64,000 nt of DNA from Utricularia gibba (lineage: Eukaryota; Plantae; Magnoliophyta): NCBI GenBank assembly GCA_002189035.1, contig NEEC01000002.1, positions 3,162,001 through 3,226,000 of the forward strand, given 5' to 3'. Every line of letters begins with the position of its first letter. Position 1 is the stretch's first letter. Under the pieces are notes generated by a model. It did no database searches, had not been told where the DNA came from, and was given only the letters and a program-made list of their open reading frames with translations. A program made the translations under genes and the position numbers. Shown here piece by piece: positions 1-13,499 of this stretch.

Positions 1-1296
1 TTCAATTTCCAAGGAGAGGGGTGCCAAAGTAGCACTGTCTTTGCAGATAAAAAATCATTCAAACCATCAAAGAGACCACAAGTATCAACAGAATCTCCCC
101 ACCTCCAACACCACCATAAGTGTCAACAGCTTCTCATTGTTCAAAAATAAAATAAAATGGTCCACAGTCATGAGTCGTATTCCAACAAAACCTCTTTGGC
201 ATTTCCAAACATGTAGCAGCAACAATCTCATTGGCTGCACAAGTTCATTCAAATCAAAATGTATTCCCACACAATGATCATTTTCCAGTGAAAATACACC
301 ATCTATTTCATATTGAACTTGAAAAAATCCTCGCATCCATCCTGTGGCAAAATCACGAAGGACGCCACTCCAAATGCCAAAAAAATTCAAAAAAGGCAAA
401 CCACGAATACATCTTCAATGAGACAGCAGGTTACTCCACCATTAAGAGTAGACTACTTTGGGCTTAGGGTTTAGGGTAATACCAAGAACACCCTCAACTA
501 ATCTCCCCCAAGGACGGATGGGAATGACAATAGCAGAATCTACTGTCCCTAAATCTGATCTCTTTCAAGTAAGCATTTCCCAACCAAGTTCAGTCCTTAT
601 TCAAACATCCTCATAGAGTCTCAAGCACTGAGACAGAAAGGGAACTAAAAAAGAACCAATGATTTCCTTTATCTGAAATTAGTCCACATAGAAATCTTCT
701 TCATCACCACATAAAATCTACCCGGCCAGCACATGGAGGTGAAATAGGACAAATTTCTCAACCAATCAACCATGAAGATCAGCCAGGTCCATCATACAGC
801 TCCAATAGATGGCTCCATCCGGATAGTCATCAGCAACTTGCTGAGTGGGCAGAGAATCCCATCAAGTTTAAGCATTCTAGAAGAATAATTTTATCGTATT
901 TAATATTAATTTATTATATACCTAAAATACCAGAGTTCCCCAAGAAAAACTTGTTCAAATATTGACAAAACTACAGTTAACACAACAGCTCCTTAAACCC
1001 ACAATTCTATTTTTGTTCCGTTAATACTGAATAAAATCCAAGTGCAATACAAACCATGCCTCATTAAATATTGGAAACACGTCAACTCACTTATTTACGA
1101 AAAGTAGGCAATATCAGTTTTTACGGTCATCAATTGATAATCTACAGAAATTAGCAACACAGAAATCTATACCACAGAAGATGCATGAGGAAGAAGCAAG
1201 AGTTCCAGCAGCATGATGATCCAGATTAAAAAAAAAAATCAACAAACAAACACATAACACTGCATGACGGTGCATATGAGGGAAAGAGATCCATAC

Positions 1297-4200
1297 AAGT
1301 GACCCCAAAATGAAGCAAGGGACTGGAGCCAATCCGATAAGTTGAGCCCATCATCTTTAAGCTTATCTCGGCCACCTTGGGCTAGACGTTCAATGACAAC
1401 ATACTCCAAGATGTCGTATTCAAGCTGTCAAAATGCCCAAGCAAAAAATTAAGAACTCAAATCAGAGGGAAAGAACATGAATCCTTAAATTTGATCGTCA
1501 ATCAGTGATAGCATCATCATCCACAACATCAGTGTAGTAGCGATGTATAGCAACAAGAAGATTTACTATATTGAATGAATGGTCCAAGTGGAAGTTTTGT
1601 ATAAAATTTAGCCCTGTAGTTGAGTCCTCAAAGGAACAAAACAAACTTCTGGCATTACACTTCATGATATGGTCAGTGAAAAAGCACAAACACCCAGAGC
1701 ACCAATTCCTCACCTGAAAGCATTGCCAACTGGATGTTTCTATACGGGCTAATAATTTACTTCCCAGAAATCGCTACTTAGCCCACTAGTCAATAGTGTA
1801 AAGTAGAAAACAAAATTGGTAATCTCGAACCTGTGTCAAATATTTGAATGCATCGACAACTGGAGCAATCATGTCTCTGTAGGCCTCTATCTGCAGATTA
1901 CATAACCATGTGAGAATTCCAACAGAAGAACAAATGATGAGTAACAGATAAATAACAACATTACCTGATGGACAATCGTACGAAGAACTGTCATTGGATT
2001 AGCATGAGCCAACTTGGCAACCATTCTTCCAAGCTGCTTCAAGTTTTCCTTAGCAAGGCGCTTTAAAATTCTTCGTGTATCCAACTGAGATTGAAGAAAA
2101 AATAAACAAACAATAACAAAAATCCATAAAGCTTGAGAAAGAAAACCATTACCCTTGCTGTTTGCCTAGCCACCAAAATCATGGGGAAGCGTTCATCATC
2201 CTTTTCCCATTCACCATATAAACGATACCGCACCTAACACAATATACAATTCATAATTCAGCTACAAAATATACATAACGAAGCAACCATATTTGTGAAT
2301 ATTCCACCTCATAGGGTAGGAGACTCAACAGTTCCCATATTGCCTGTCCAATAGCTGGATTTGCAGGTATTAACTGCAACGAAGGCAGAAGAAAATTCCC
2401 AAGCGATTCCTCTATTCTTAATGTAGCATCCTTTAGGTGAAGGCGTGCATTTTGATTTTCATGTATGACTGATTGAGGGGCAAACAATCCATCTCCAGAG
2501 TTAACAAGATCCAAGGCACACACGTAATAGGCTCTCAGAACCCTGATTATCTAAAGAAGTGATCGCAATCAGTCATGCCACATGGAGAAGGCCAAAAAAT
2601 TACATTATATGTTAAAAAGAGAAAATCATGAAGATGCGTCACAAACAAAGATGAGTAAGAAACCTTCTGAAGCAACAAAGTGTCACGATAGAGATAAGGC
2701 CCAGCACAAGAAAGCATTTCAAAAAGTTCTTTTGGAAGATTGATGAAAGGTTTCTTTGGCAAGGTGTTGCCTGATTCCAGATCTTCAGTAGAGCTCGTGG
2801 GCAGACTGACAGTTTGGAGAACCCTTTGAGACACTAAATTATATGCTGGAAAAATTGTTTTTTCCACAAGCCTGGAAGAGGACATGGAAGTAAAGACATG
2901 AATATAATACTACATGTAGTATTGAAGGCAGGAAGCAGACGAATAATGCTGCAAAGGAAGGAGAATACACGTGAAATGAAGGATCCATCATTACCTAAAC
3001 AATCCATTGCAGATGTGAACATGCTCTATGGGATTGAGAGGTGACAGGTGATCCAACAGCTGGTTGGCATGAAGCCTGATTTCAGGACAGCTTAGGATCT
3101 AGTCCTAAAAATGCAAAGCAAATAAAGCCTACACTTGATGTACTTAACTTACCAATCATCCACATCCAGGAACCCCATAAGCAAGCCGAGAGCTTGACTA
3201 TTCTCAAGCTCTAATGACCTTTCTGTAGCAGCGGTCGTTTCAATGTCTAAGGCGGAGAAAAGGTCCACGGTTACATCACCTTGCTTATCATCATCCATGA
3301 GGTCCTTCCCAGTGGCTGCAAGATTGATTTTCCCAATCTTATTAGCCTGCACATCAGATGGGTAAGGTATCCAGGGAAAAATTTAAGTGTAATAAACTTA
3401 AGAAGATTTCAAAAAAGAAAGCCCCATTGCAGCAAATGTACCTCATCAAGTCTCTTAGCTGAAATGGTATTGTAATGCTCAAATGCGTCCTCATCTTTGG
3501 GAAGCAAATGTGAATATCTAAAAAGTTCCATCACAAAAATATGAAATGTCCTCATTCAGAAATACCAAAAAAACGCAACATTGGTAAATATATGCATCAA
3601 CCATTAGCAGAAACCATTCAATAGTCTATTAAAGACGGTATTACAAGGGGAAACAGTATGCTCTTTCTGCATGAAAAAATTCCAAAAGGAAAAAGATGCA
3701 ACCAAAGATGTTTCAGAAGGTTAAAGAAAGACAGGACAGTAAAACAAAGTGATAAGAATTACTCTATGCAGTAACAAAGCTTGAAAAACAAGAAAACACG
3801 AGAAAAAAAGAGTAGTAACTATATGGCAACTAAAAAATATTGATTATTTCCATGGCCAACTCACATGCTATCTATGTCAATAAATTCTTTCTTAATCAAC
3901 AATGCTGTGAGTTGATACAATCCAGCTGGAGCATGAGTCTGAATTTCTGAACGCTGATAATACTGAAACTTGAATCCAAGAATCTGAGCTGCATGAGACT
4001 ACATACAGCAAAAAGTGTTCATGAGCACCAGCACTGGACCTTAACAATAAAAAAAGGCTGCAGTACTACAAAGCAGAAAACAACAGATATTGTCTGTGAG
4101 AAGGTTATTGAAACGATCACACCATTACCTTAGGAAACAGTGGAATTAAGTCCAGAAAAATGCTGTTACCAAGCTGGAGCTCAAAACATTCAAGCACCTT

Positions 4201-5919
4201 CAGAACAGATGAATTAGTCAGTATGTACATGACATATTTGAACTCCACTCTGCATCAAAGATTGAATAAATAGAATACACATGATTGCAAAACAAGAAAA
4301 TGCTTACAATGTCAAAAACGCGATTTGGATCTAGATCAAAGTGACCAATCAACGACTGCCAAAAATACAAAAACTTAGCAAACAGGATAATGCACAAATA
4401 TGGCACAAATCCAACTTGTTTGAACCTTAACAATGCCAATGGTGGCACTTGAGGCATTTTTATTTGTCGCTTCAGGAACTTGGCAAAGAAGGGTTACCTG
4501 CATGAGAAGACTCACCCGTATTAGGGCAGTGGGTAAAGCAAGTCAGAAGTTTATATCTAGAAGATTCCCCATATCCATGGACAAGCGCACTCACAAAGCA
4601 TGGACGTTCACGTGTCCTTTTGCAATCTTTATTTCTTTCATAAAAATTAAAAGTTTAACAAACATACTGACCAAATCCAAAGTAATCAACACCAATGCAT
4701 TACTATTAATGCTTTTTTAGTGGGAAAGGGATAAACAAAAACGACTGCATAAAGGCAAAAATACCAGCTTGGCATAGCCTTCACTTTCTTCCCGAAGCAA
4801 ATTAAATTTGGTTTGCTGATACAGAAGGCGAGTGTTTACGCGAACCTGAAAGCAGAAGGATAATTTGACTACAAATTCATACAACAATGGTGTCACCAAG
4901 AAAAGAAAACATTACCTCCTTTGACTTCAAATCTGCAGCCCTAATCTTGATCATTTCACACTCCCACAAAAATTCTTCCTACACATTACGTCTCTAGATG
5001 AATAGCCAAGATTTAAAGAGTACAAAAAAGTAACATGAAATACTAACTTCACAGCGCTCTTGAAAGAATCTCAATGGGACAAGTGCTGACTCCACCAGCC
5101 ATTTTGCCTGGAATATCATCAAATAAATCAAGGTACCAAAATTAGAGTCAAACAGATGGTTGATCAGATGTGTTATTTTTATCAATTCAAAAAAAAAATC
5201 ATTTTAAAAATCAAAACAGTTGAACACAAGATAGTGTGACATCAAACTGATTCTTGAAGCTGCAACAACGCCTCACACAAGAAGTTTAATAAAGACGCAT
5301 TCACTTAAAAGGCAATGCAACATAAATTACCAGCTTAACCAGGCGAGATCGATGATCACCCACGACAGCAAGCTACACGAGATGCAACGAAGTTAGAAGA
5401 ATAGAGCAGTTATCAAAATATAGAAATGCATCATCGTCTTTTTTTAATGAAACGACATGAATTCTTTATAAGAAGGATGGGGAGTTGGTGGGCACGCTTA
5501 ATAACAAATATTAGATGGATAGTCTGTTTTGAGAAACAAATAAAATAAAAGTTTCATAACAGGGAACACAGCTCACATCATGCGCCATTTGAGCAACAAC
5601 GTCCGCAAAACATGATCCCACATCCCTTCTGGACCACAGTCTAGAAACTCCGTAGCTTCCAGAGCAACCTTGCATTTCTGATACGGCATCTCCCCTCGCA
5701 CCTGTAAAAAAAACCCTAACATCACTTGAAAAAGGCCTAGAGATTGAAAGACGAATACCACAATCCCTCCAAACAACGTATTACCGTCACAAAACAGAGC
5801 TCGTAAATGAACCTCAGTACATGAGCAGGACGAGAAAATCTGAAACTCGAGTTGGAGTTCTTGAGTTCTTTAATCGAATCATCCGTCATGTAAATGCAGT
5901 GCAATGCCGGAAAAGACAT
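1297..5919 (-). CDS. THO2: THO complex subunit 2, 5' portion (about 17 exons in window; gene continues left beyond the window). Apparent 1-nt frameshift in exon 2.
   Basis: GT-AG exons translate to THO2-specific peptides: [159 protein letters not shown] at 5919. The next expected exon is not found in 1-1296. Confidence 0.97.
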
Positions 5920-6055
5920 TTTTCTAGGACTGTGATTGACAGGAATCAGTGGTTCCTGCTGCTCTAGATGATTAGACGACGCAAGAGGATCACAGTAGAA
6001 GACTACGGGGTAGCAACAATCCGCTTCATGGTCGACGAACCTACAATCTCACTTC

Positions 6056-6224
6056 TAGGGTTTCCACAACGCTCGCCATAGTATCAGACTTCAGTTCCCA
6101 AATTTCCTCTCTTTTGCTCTGTGCCCACTTGTGTTTCCGGCTTGTATTTTGCATCCGTTGTAGCTTCGGGTTTCGGATCCTGCAAAAGGGCCGGTTTACG
6201 GCCCACTAAACCCCCAAAAGCCCA
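6056..6224 (-). promoter_or_regulatory. THO2 proximal promoter: telo-box plus two site II elements
   Basis: AAACCCTA on minus strand at 6056-6063; TGGGCC (6200-6205) and TGGGCT (6219-6224) on minus strand. This combination is typical of plant housekeeping genes for translation and RNA processing. Confidence 0.6.
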
Positions 6225-6560
6225 TGAAACCCAATTTTTTATCCAATTAATGATATATGGTTGTCTCAATTTTATATTTGTCATAAATTATTTTGCTGTT
6301 AAATAGATTTTTTATGTCATTTAAAATTATTATAGTATAATCTTAATTCAGCCAAAGTGATCGCGTTTTGAAAATAACATATCAAAATCTGAATATATAT
6401 AACACATTAATCCTCATAAAATGTTATTTTGGATGACCAACACAAAATCCCATTATTACCCTTAAGGGTGTGTTTTTATTATGGAATTTAAATATAGGGT
6501 AAAATTTTCTAAGTGTCCAAGTTTAGTTTTGCATATATTCTCTCATATTAAATCTAAATC

Positions 6561-7236
6561 GGGGAAACTTCAAAACATGACACGTATGTTTATTGATTTG
6601 GTAATTTATATCACATGTATTTTAGAGCACCTAATTTTCTCACAAATCAAATTTATATTACAATTTATGCCATTTTTTTTTATAGAAAAACATCAAAATC
6701 AGCCATACATATTTTTCAATTTAGTAATTTATACCATACATTTTCAAAATCACGAAAATCAGAAAAATTAGAGTATATAAACCTTACAAAATGAGGAAAA
6801 AATAAATCAAATATCTTTTAAAATCAACATTCATATTGGAAAATAAATTCAAAAATCAATTTATATAAATATAATAAAGTTTCAATAGCTATACAAATTC
6901 ATTTATAGTACATATTACATATTGTTATAATAAAAAAAATAATGCTTACAAAAATCTAAAAGTAAGGATAACAAAAAAAAATATAAAAAACTGTTAGTAT
7001 TATTGTTATTATTATCACTGAAAAACAATAATTTTCATAAAAAAAATATTTATTAATATAAAAAACACTAATTAAGAAAAATAAAAAAATACAATATTAA
7101 AAAGTAAGAAATAGACAAAAAAATTATTATTTTAACGAATTTAAATTAAAAACACATGAATATATTAATTTACAAATTTAATTTGTGGTAAAATTAACTG
7201 TTAGAAAATACATGTGGCATGTTTTGCAGTTTCCCC
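6561..7236. mobile_element. Non-autonomous Mutator-type MITE (676 bp)
   Basis: Imperfect TIR of about 30 bp: GGGGAAACTTCAAAACATGACACGTAT vs the reverse complement of ATACATGTGGCATGTTTTGCAGTTTCCCC. Perfect 10-bp TSD AATCTAAATC at 6551-6560 and 7237-7246. AT-rich non-coding interior. Confidence 0.85.
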
Positions 7237-8805
7237 AATCTAAATCTGATACTTATCAATTATATTGGAGTTGAACATGGGTCAGTCAACAATCAGGGAG
7301 TCAATTAACTCATCAGAGGTTGACCATTAACCTGACTGGGATATTAGTCAACTTATGTTTAATATAAATTTACTTAAGCAACAGAAAAGTATCTCACCTC
7401 AAAATCTTTTTCATTATTTTTTTCTCATTTGTTATGCTACCAGCAAAATTTGAACCAAATCCAAAAAAGATCAAATTTTGTTCAATATAAACATACAACA
7501 AAATAAAATAAAGAGTGAGAAATAAAAATAAAAACTAGGGTTCTTAAAACTCTTGTCCCAATGGGTCGTCCCCTTCCCATCAAACCATGACCTGACTTGT
7601 ACTCGTTATGCACAAATACGACTCACGGGCTGGCCTAAGTGACAACAAGTTGATCCGGAATTGCACCCACCTCTAAGTTGTATGATGTGCCTAATACTTG
7701 GAAGTAATACACTGCAAATAATATTCTAACATTTTTGTTTATTTATATTGTTTTTGTCTCTAAATTATGTTTATTTATATTTCTATTATCATGATCAAAT
7801 ATTTTCCTTGTTTCCTTGAATAATGTTATATGGTTTTATTGTTAGAATATTTTCTTTTTTTCCTATCCAAATTGCTACTGATTATGTAACAATCATATAC
7901 TTATTAGTTCATTTAGTTCTGTTCTATGGTTGAAGTAATACATGTGTGATATATAGTTGGTATATGCATCGTGTTTTTTGAATTCAATTCTATTTTTTTT
8001 ATAATTCATGAAATAAAACAAAAATTTATATATCTTATGTTCCATATGCTTTTAATGTTCATTATCTGTTATACCTTTTTTTTTTTTTGCACAGCTCTTC
8101 AAAATTTATTAAATTGAGATATAAACTCTTTCCATCATCAACGATGGATTGTCCAACTGGATAATTTACAGAAAATTGTGATGGAGAATCGATGAAGAAG
8201 CAAATGACGTTTGGAATGATAGCCATTATTTGATGCTAACCATCATGAATAATTATATTGGATCCTTTAATCTCCTCGCATAATATTTCCGTATCAATGA
8301 GCAAGCTGCCTATTAAGAGGGAAAAAAAAAGAATTTATTAATAATGCGTACTATGCATTACAATTGAAAAAATTAACTGGAATAGACTCGTTCATAATTG
8401 TAGAAGAAAATCAAATATATATTTAAAATAACCTACGAGAATAGAATTAATTTTGGTAAAATAAAATTAGTTTTCAAACGTATAATTGCTCTAATTACTA
8501 CAATCAATTTTCACCTTGTATTAGAGATGTTAAAATTGTTTGTGCCACAGATGCCATCAAATCATCTACTGTTTACTGCCTAACCTCTCAAAATGTGGCA
8601 AAGTGAATTACGAAAATGTTAACACATGAGAGCGAGGCATTCGATTACGGAATGAAAGTTGCCTGAATCACTCAACCCGACTCATCCTCCTCTCCGGAAT
8701 AAAAAAGTGGAAACTCTAACTCTGTCTCAAAGTGGAAACTTCCGATCTCATCTCATTTCCCGCGCGTCTCGGTCACCCTCTCCTCGACTACCTCTTTCAC
8801 TCCTC

Positions 8806-11800
8806 CTAATGAACCCCTTGGCGGTCCTCGATCACCGTCCCATTGCATCTGGCGTCATGGTTTGGGAGATCAGTGCGGGTTGGCTCCCTGGCGGCCACCT
8901 CCTCCGATTCCACGGATGCATCAGCAGGGAGATTGCTGGCTGCACCTGGTGAGTTACTGGAGCCCTGTGGTGGAAGGAAGACTCCAGTTCCTGGGAGATT
9001 TAATCTCGAGACGGCATTTCGCAGCGGGGGAGCAGACCAAGCAGCAGAAGCTGGTGGCGGAAGAACACCGGCAACTGGGGTGGGGAATGCCATTCCTGCA
9101 GCAACTGGGGTGGGGACAAATACGGGCTGGAGGCCATTGGGTGCAGGGATCTGCGGACGAGCAGCGGGAGTAGGAAGAACACCGGATGGTGGACCTGGAC
9201 CTTGACAACGGCCATGGTTGGGAGATCGGATAGGAGGAGGAGACCAGCTAGAGGGGGGCGAAGCAACATGAAACCGGCTAGAATCACCTTTCTTGGGGAG
9301 TGACTTTACCAGTGTAACGATAATTCTTTGTTTCCGGGACGATGGAATAGCGTGCTTGGTGAAGTCTGCTGACCTCCCGTCCATTACAAGCGCGGTCCTG
9401 TTGAAAAAAGGCGCTAAGAGGTCAAGTCCACAAAAGAAGCTCAAACCCACTGATCTGAAATATGCACAATTATTCTGAGATGAAAGCAAATGTACCCAGG
9501 GTGAAGAGACAGTTTAAGAGCACCACGATAATCTCCAGGATGATAAGCTGTCAAGACCCTACCAAAGGACATGTCGCATTCTGTCAAGAAAAGCAAACAC
9601 AGCGGCCTCCCAAACCATTTTGGCCAGTGATTAGGCTGTGAGTGGTCACCCTAATGTATGCGCAAGGGAAAAGGTTAGACCAGCCAAGACAAAAAGTATA
9701 ACACTGCAGCAGTACTCTCGTGTGTAACCTCATTGAAGATATCGATTATGCATGAGTCAGGCTTGAAGCCAACAACTTGCTTTGTAATTAACTGTTGGAT
9801 GGCGACATGCAGTGAATCAGGTATGGGCTCTATTTTCACATCTGCACAATATACAGCAGAGAAATGAGCAATGTGAAGAGAGATGTCAAACAAAGATAGG
9901 GGCATGCAAGCAGAAGCAGCACATAATCAATACGGAGGAGATAATAATAGAACAACATGCCTTTTGGAGCGCCACCTAGAGCATCATCATCAACTGGTGC
10001 ATCTACCATGGGGATACCGAGTTGAATGACCTCTCTTCCATGCCCCCTCATTGGCCTTTTTGAGACAATGAATGCTTGGCCTGTTCTAGTGTAAGAAGGA
10101 AAAAACTATGCCCTAAATATAAATGGACTGGACAGAATACTAACATTGAAAGTCAAAACCTTGAATGCAGTCGCCATTTAAATCATTGTGAGTCTCTTAG
10201 AGGAAATCCACAACAAAAAGTTATGAGCATCTTACAAGAAAGATGATAAAAGCACTTATTCTGATAAATCGTTTCATTTCCCACAGCATACACTAAATCT
10301 TCTGGATGTTCTTTTGTCAACTATATCATAGCACAAACTTCAGTATCGGCTACAGAGCTTTTCCTAGGTATTAATTATCTCAACACATGCTGCTATTGCG
10401 CATGGTATTGCCATTTTCCTCATTGGTTGCATGCTCATCATATCATTTCGTATGTGAGAGAAAAACATGAAAGAAGCATTCCACACATGAAAGGTTGATT
10501 TCTTGAAACTATTCATGCCATACACAACTACATAATACTTGCCTTGCAACTGTCCCTTCTTCCCAGCAGCTCTGTACTCATTCACTAAGGTAACAAGCTT
10601 GCAGACTTCTGAACTGTCGAATAAATCTTCATAGAGTTTCATTCCTTCGGCTATATTGACCTGTAAATGAAAAATTAAGCATGATATGCTCAAAAACCTA
10701 TAAAAAAGAACACCATATGAGGTGCTTACGGAAACTCCATCATGTATCTCATAAGAGACGAAAGTTTTTGGGGATGCTTTCTTTTTCTCAGTTGACACTA
10801 ATGCAGATCCATCCTCAGTGAAAGACCCTGAAACCAGAGGTAGTCTACTCATAGGAAGAATTACAGTACAATCAACCGCAGATTACAAGGTTAATGAAGG
10901 CACATATTAGAGAAGACACAATCCACAACCCCGGAACTTTGTAGTCTGCAGTCAAATAGTGAGAATAGAATTTCCTGAAAAAAGAGCTCAGACCACACCT
11001 GAATCCACTACATCACCATCTTCTTGTGAAGCAGCTTCTGCTGTGACTCCTTCCCTTATAGCAAAGGTATTAGCTTCGGACGTTTCATCAGATTCTACGA
11101 TAAAATAAACATCAACTTCGAAGAGACCATACTAAACCATGATGTGCGTATGCTACAATTTTTGGAAAGGTATGAGCACTTCTATTTAATCCATTAATAT
11201 CCCAGTAATGGCAACCAGATCAGGATTCGCTGACTGCCATTAAGAGTAGAAATGAAAAAGGACATAAGCATATTAGTATATCAAAAGCCAGCCTCTAAGA
11301 TTACAGCTAATGCAACAACAACAGCACAAGCACAGTCCAGGCCCTAGAATCTGATCCATGCAGGTGATAAATAGAAATTTTTTTTTTTTTATAATGGCTG
11401 CCACTCTAACTTGGATCGTTAGCGTAAAACACGTAAACAATAAATCCCACCTTCTTTCTCATCCTTTTCCAACTCTTCTTTCTCCATTGTATCTAGCTTC
11501 TCATTTATATTCCCGTTTCCCTTCAAATGCCCATTACTTTGATCTTCCCCATTACATCCCCTGCCAAAATTTTGAGCCTCGAAACCCCCTCTATAACCCC
11601 TACCCCCTCTTCTAAACTCCTTCCCAAAACTAGCTGTCCTAGCACTCCCCTCAACCCCGACAGCCCAGGGATGTCGCTTCCAACCCACCTGCTGCAAGGA
11701 GTAAACCACGTCAGCAACGGGGAAGTATTGTTGCATATGCAAAACCGGGTTCCAGTTACATCTCCTCTGCTGTATGGCTGCAATCACACCCTCATACTCC

Positions 11801-11994
11801 CCAGGATCCCCAACTGCCCTCAAATGGTGACAGAGAGCATCGATCATGGCATTCGCAGCAGCAAATTCGCTTCTAAACCACATCAAAAGCGCGTCCTTGT
11901 CATCCATTTGATGATGAGGTGATTGCTGTTGGAGGCTGTACCACTGAACAGGGAGTTTATCTGGAAGCATCACAGCCCCTGATTGCATTGCCAT
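8806..11994 (-). CDS. ALKBH10C: AlkB-family 2OG-Fe(II) oxygenase-like protein of the ALKBH10 clade (At1g14710/ALKBH10C-like), 8 exons
   Basis: Peptides MAMQSGAVMLPDKL, WFRSEFAAANAMIDALCHHL, VNIAEGMKLYE, KRPMRGHGREVIQLG, KPDSCIIDIFNEGDHSQP, KHAIPSSRKQRI and a Pro-rich tail with GTGVFLPP. Exons join in frame using two GC-AG introns. Confidence 0.9.
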
Positions 11995-13499
11995 CCAATA
12001 CAATCAAACCTCCGATCTCAACAACGGTATAAAATCAGCAAAAACACACACACACAAAAACACAGAATCAAGAGAGCCAGTAACAACACTCTTGGTTCAA
12101 AAACAGAATCACGAAAAGCGGCATCCGGACATCATCGGTTGAATTGATCCCGGATGAGGAGAGCGATCTTGGTAGCACCAGAAATGCACCAGAAAGAAAA
12201 GATGTCCAAGAGGATTATCCGCGGCGGCGGAGGAAGGCAATGAGAGCCTCCAGGAGACGACTTTCAGATCTGAGAGGGACGTCAGGGAAACAGAAATTGA
12301 GAATTCAAGTGCCGGGAGTCGGCCAAACTGTAGCAAGATCCGAGAGAAAAATGGCTTGAGAATCACGCGTGCACATCCATAGCAACGGTGCCCCATTTTC
12401 CACCTATTATTTTATTTCCTTTTTATTTAGGTCTCCAAACCCCATAATTAATTTCTAATTGAATTTGAAACACCACAAAATTATTTTCTTTTTAACTTTT
12501 TAAAATCGAATAAATTGTAATAAAAAAAAGGTGGCCATATTTTTGTCCTTTACTAATAATTAAAACAATTTTAATAAATCCAGTAATCTCGAAAAAACAG
12601 CATGTGTTTATGCTAACGGAAAAACAAAGTAAGTCAACAGTTGCGGGAGTGGGGGAGGTGAATCTGAGATCAAAACGAATAAATAAATAATTTATGCCTA
12701 CTAAAACAAAAAATAATAATTAATACGGAGTAAAACTTTATTTTATTTGTCACTTACGTAGGATTGCCACGCAACCATTTTTAATATGACTAATAAAAAA
12801 TATAACATCTAAAAATATAAATAATCGATGATTAAAAATGAATAACAAAAAAATGATCTCAATCCTTATTAAAGGGTTATTTTGTAATTTGAAGTTAATT
12901 TTAAATTATTTAGAATATAAACTTTTAAATACTATTCATTTTAATATTATAAAACTAGTTTATATAATATTATAAAATTTAGTAAATTAAATTATTGTAC
13001 AACTTAATTGATTATATCTATAGGTTTGAGGTGTGCAAATATTTTTTAATTAATATTTTATTTAATTATTAAAAATATTAATAAAACAAATCTAAAGTTC
13101 TGATTTTAAAGGATAATAAATAAAAATAAGAATTTTTAAAACATTAAATAAAATAACTAAATTAAATTATGTAAACAACAAAACCCATAATATTATAAAA
13201 GTACACAATGCAATTGGAGGGATCGAATCGATGATCCATCTCGAGAATTCAGAGACGATGTGCATTCATACTAGACGATTTTCATTCATACTATACATGG
13301 ACGGGCAAAATATTTGTGAGAACATGGTAAATTTGCAAAATAACTTAAATTGGTTAATAATTTGTAAGTTAATCCTACTTTGCAATTATTTTTGTATTAA
13401 ATTTTTTAATATAAAATAGTGTTATTATTATTTATATTCATATATATATATTTTGATTTCTATTACACATACTTAAATTAATATTGCATTTGGATATCT

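Noticed and set aside
85-467. ORFs of 64-104 aa and a TTAGGGTTTAGGG scrap at ~465-477 in the THO2 intron
   Set aside because: No recognisable domain and probably TE-derived intron sequence. Two telomere-like units are too few to call an interstitial telomere.
1456-1525. C/D-box-like arrangement (ATGATGA..CTGA..TGACGA..CTGA, minus strand) in a THO2 intron
   Set aside because: Only about 60 nt, no terminal stem, and only a 9-10 nt possible rRNA complement. This is compatible with chance; snoscan or small-RNA data would be needed.
8843-9287. Several overlapping 84-120 aa ORFs on both strands
   Set aside because: Shadow ORFs of the GC-rich, Pro-rich last exon of the ALKBH10C-like gene.
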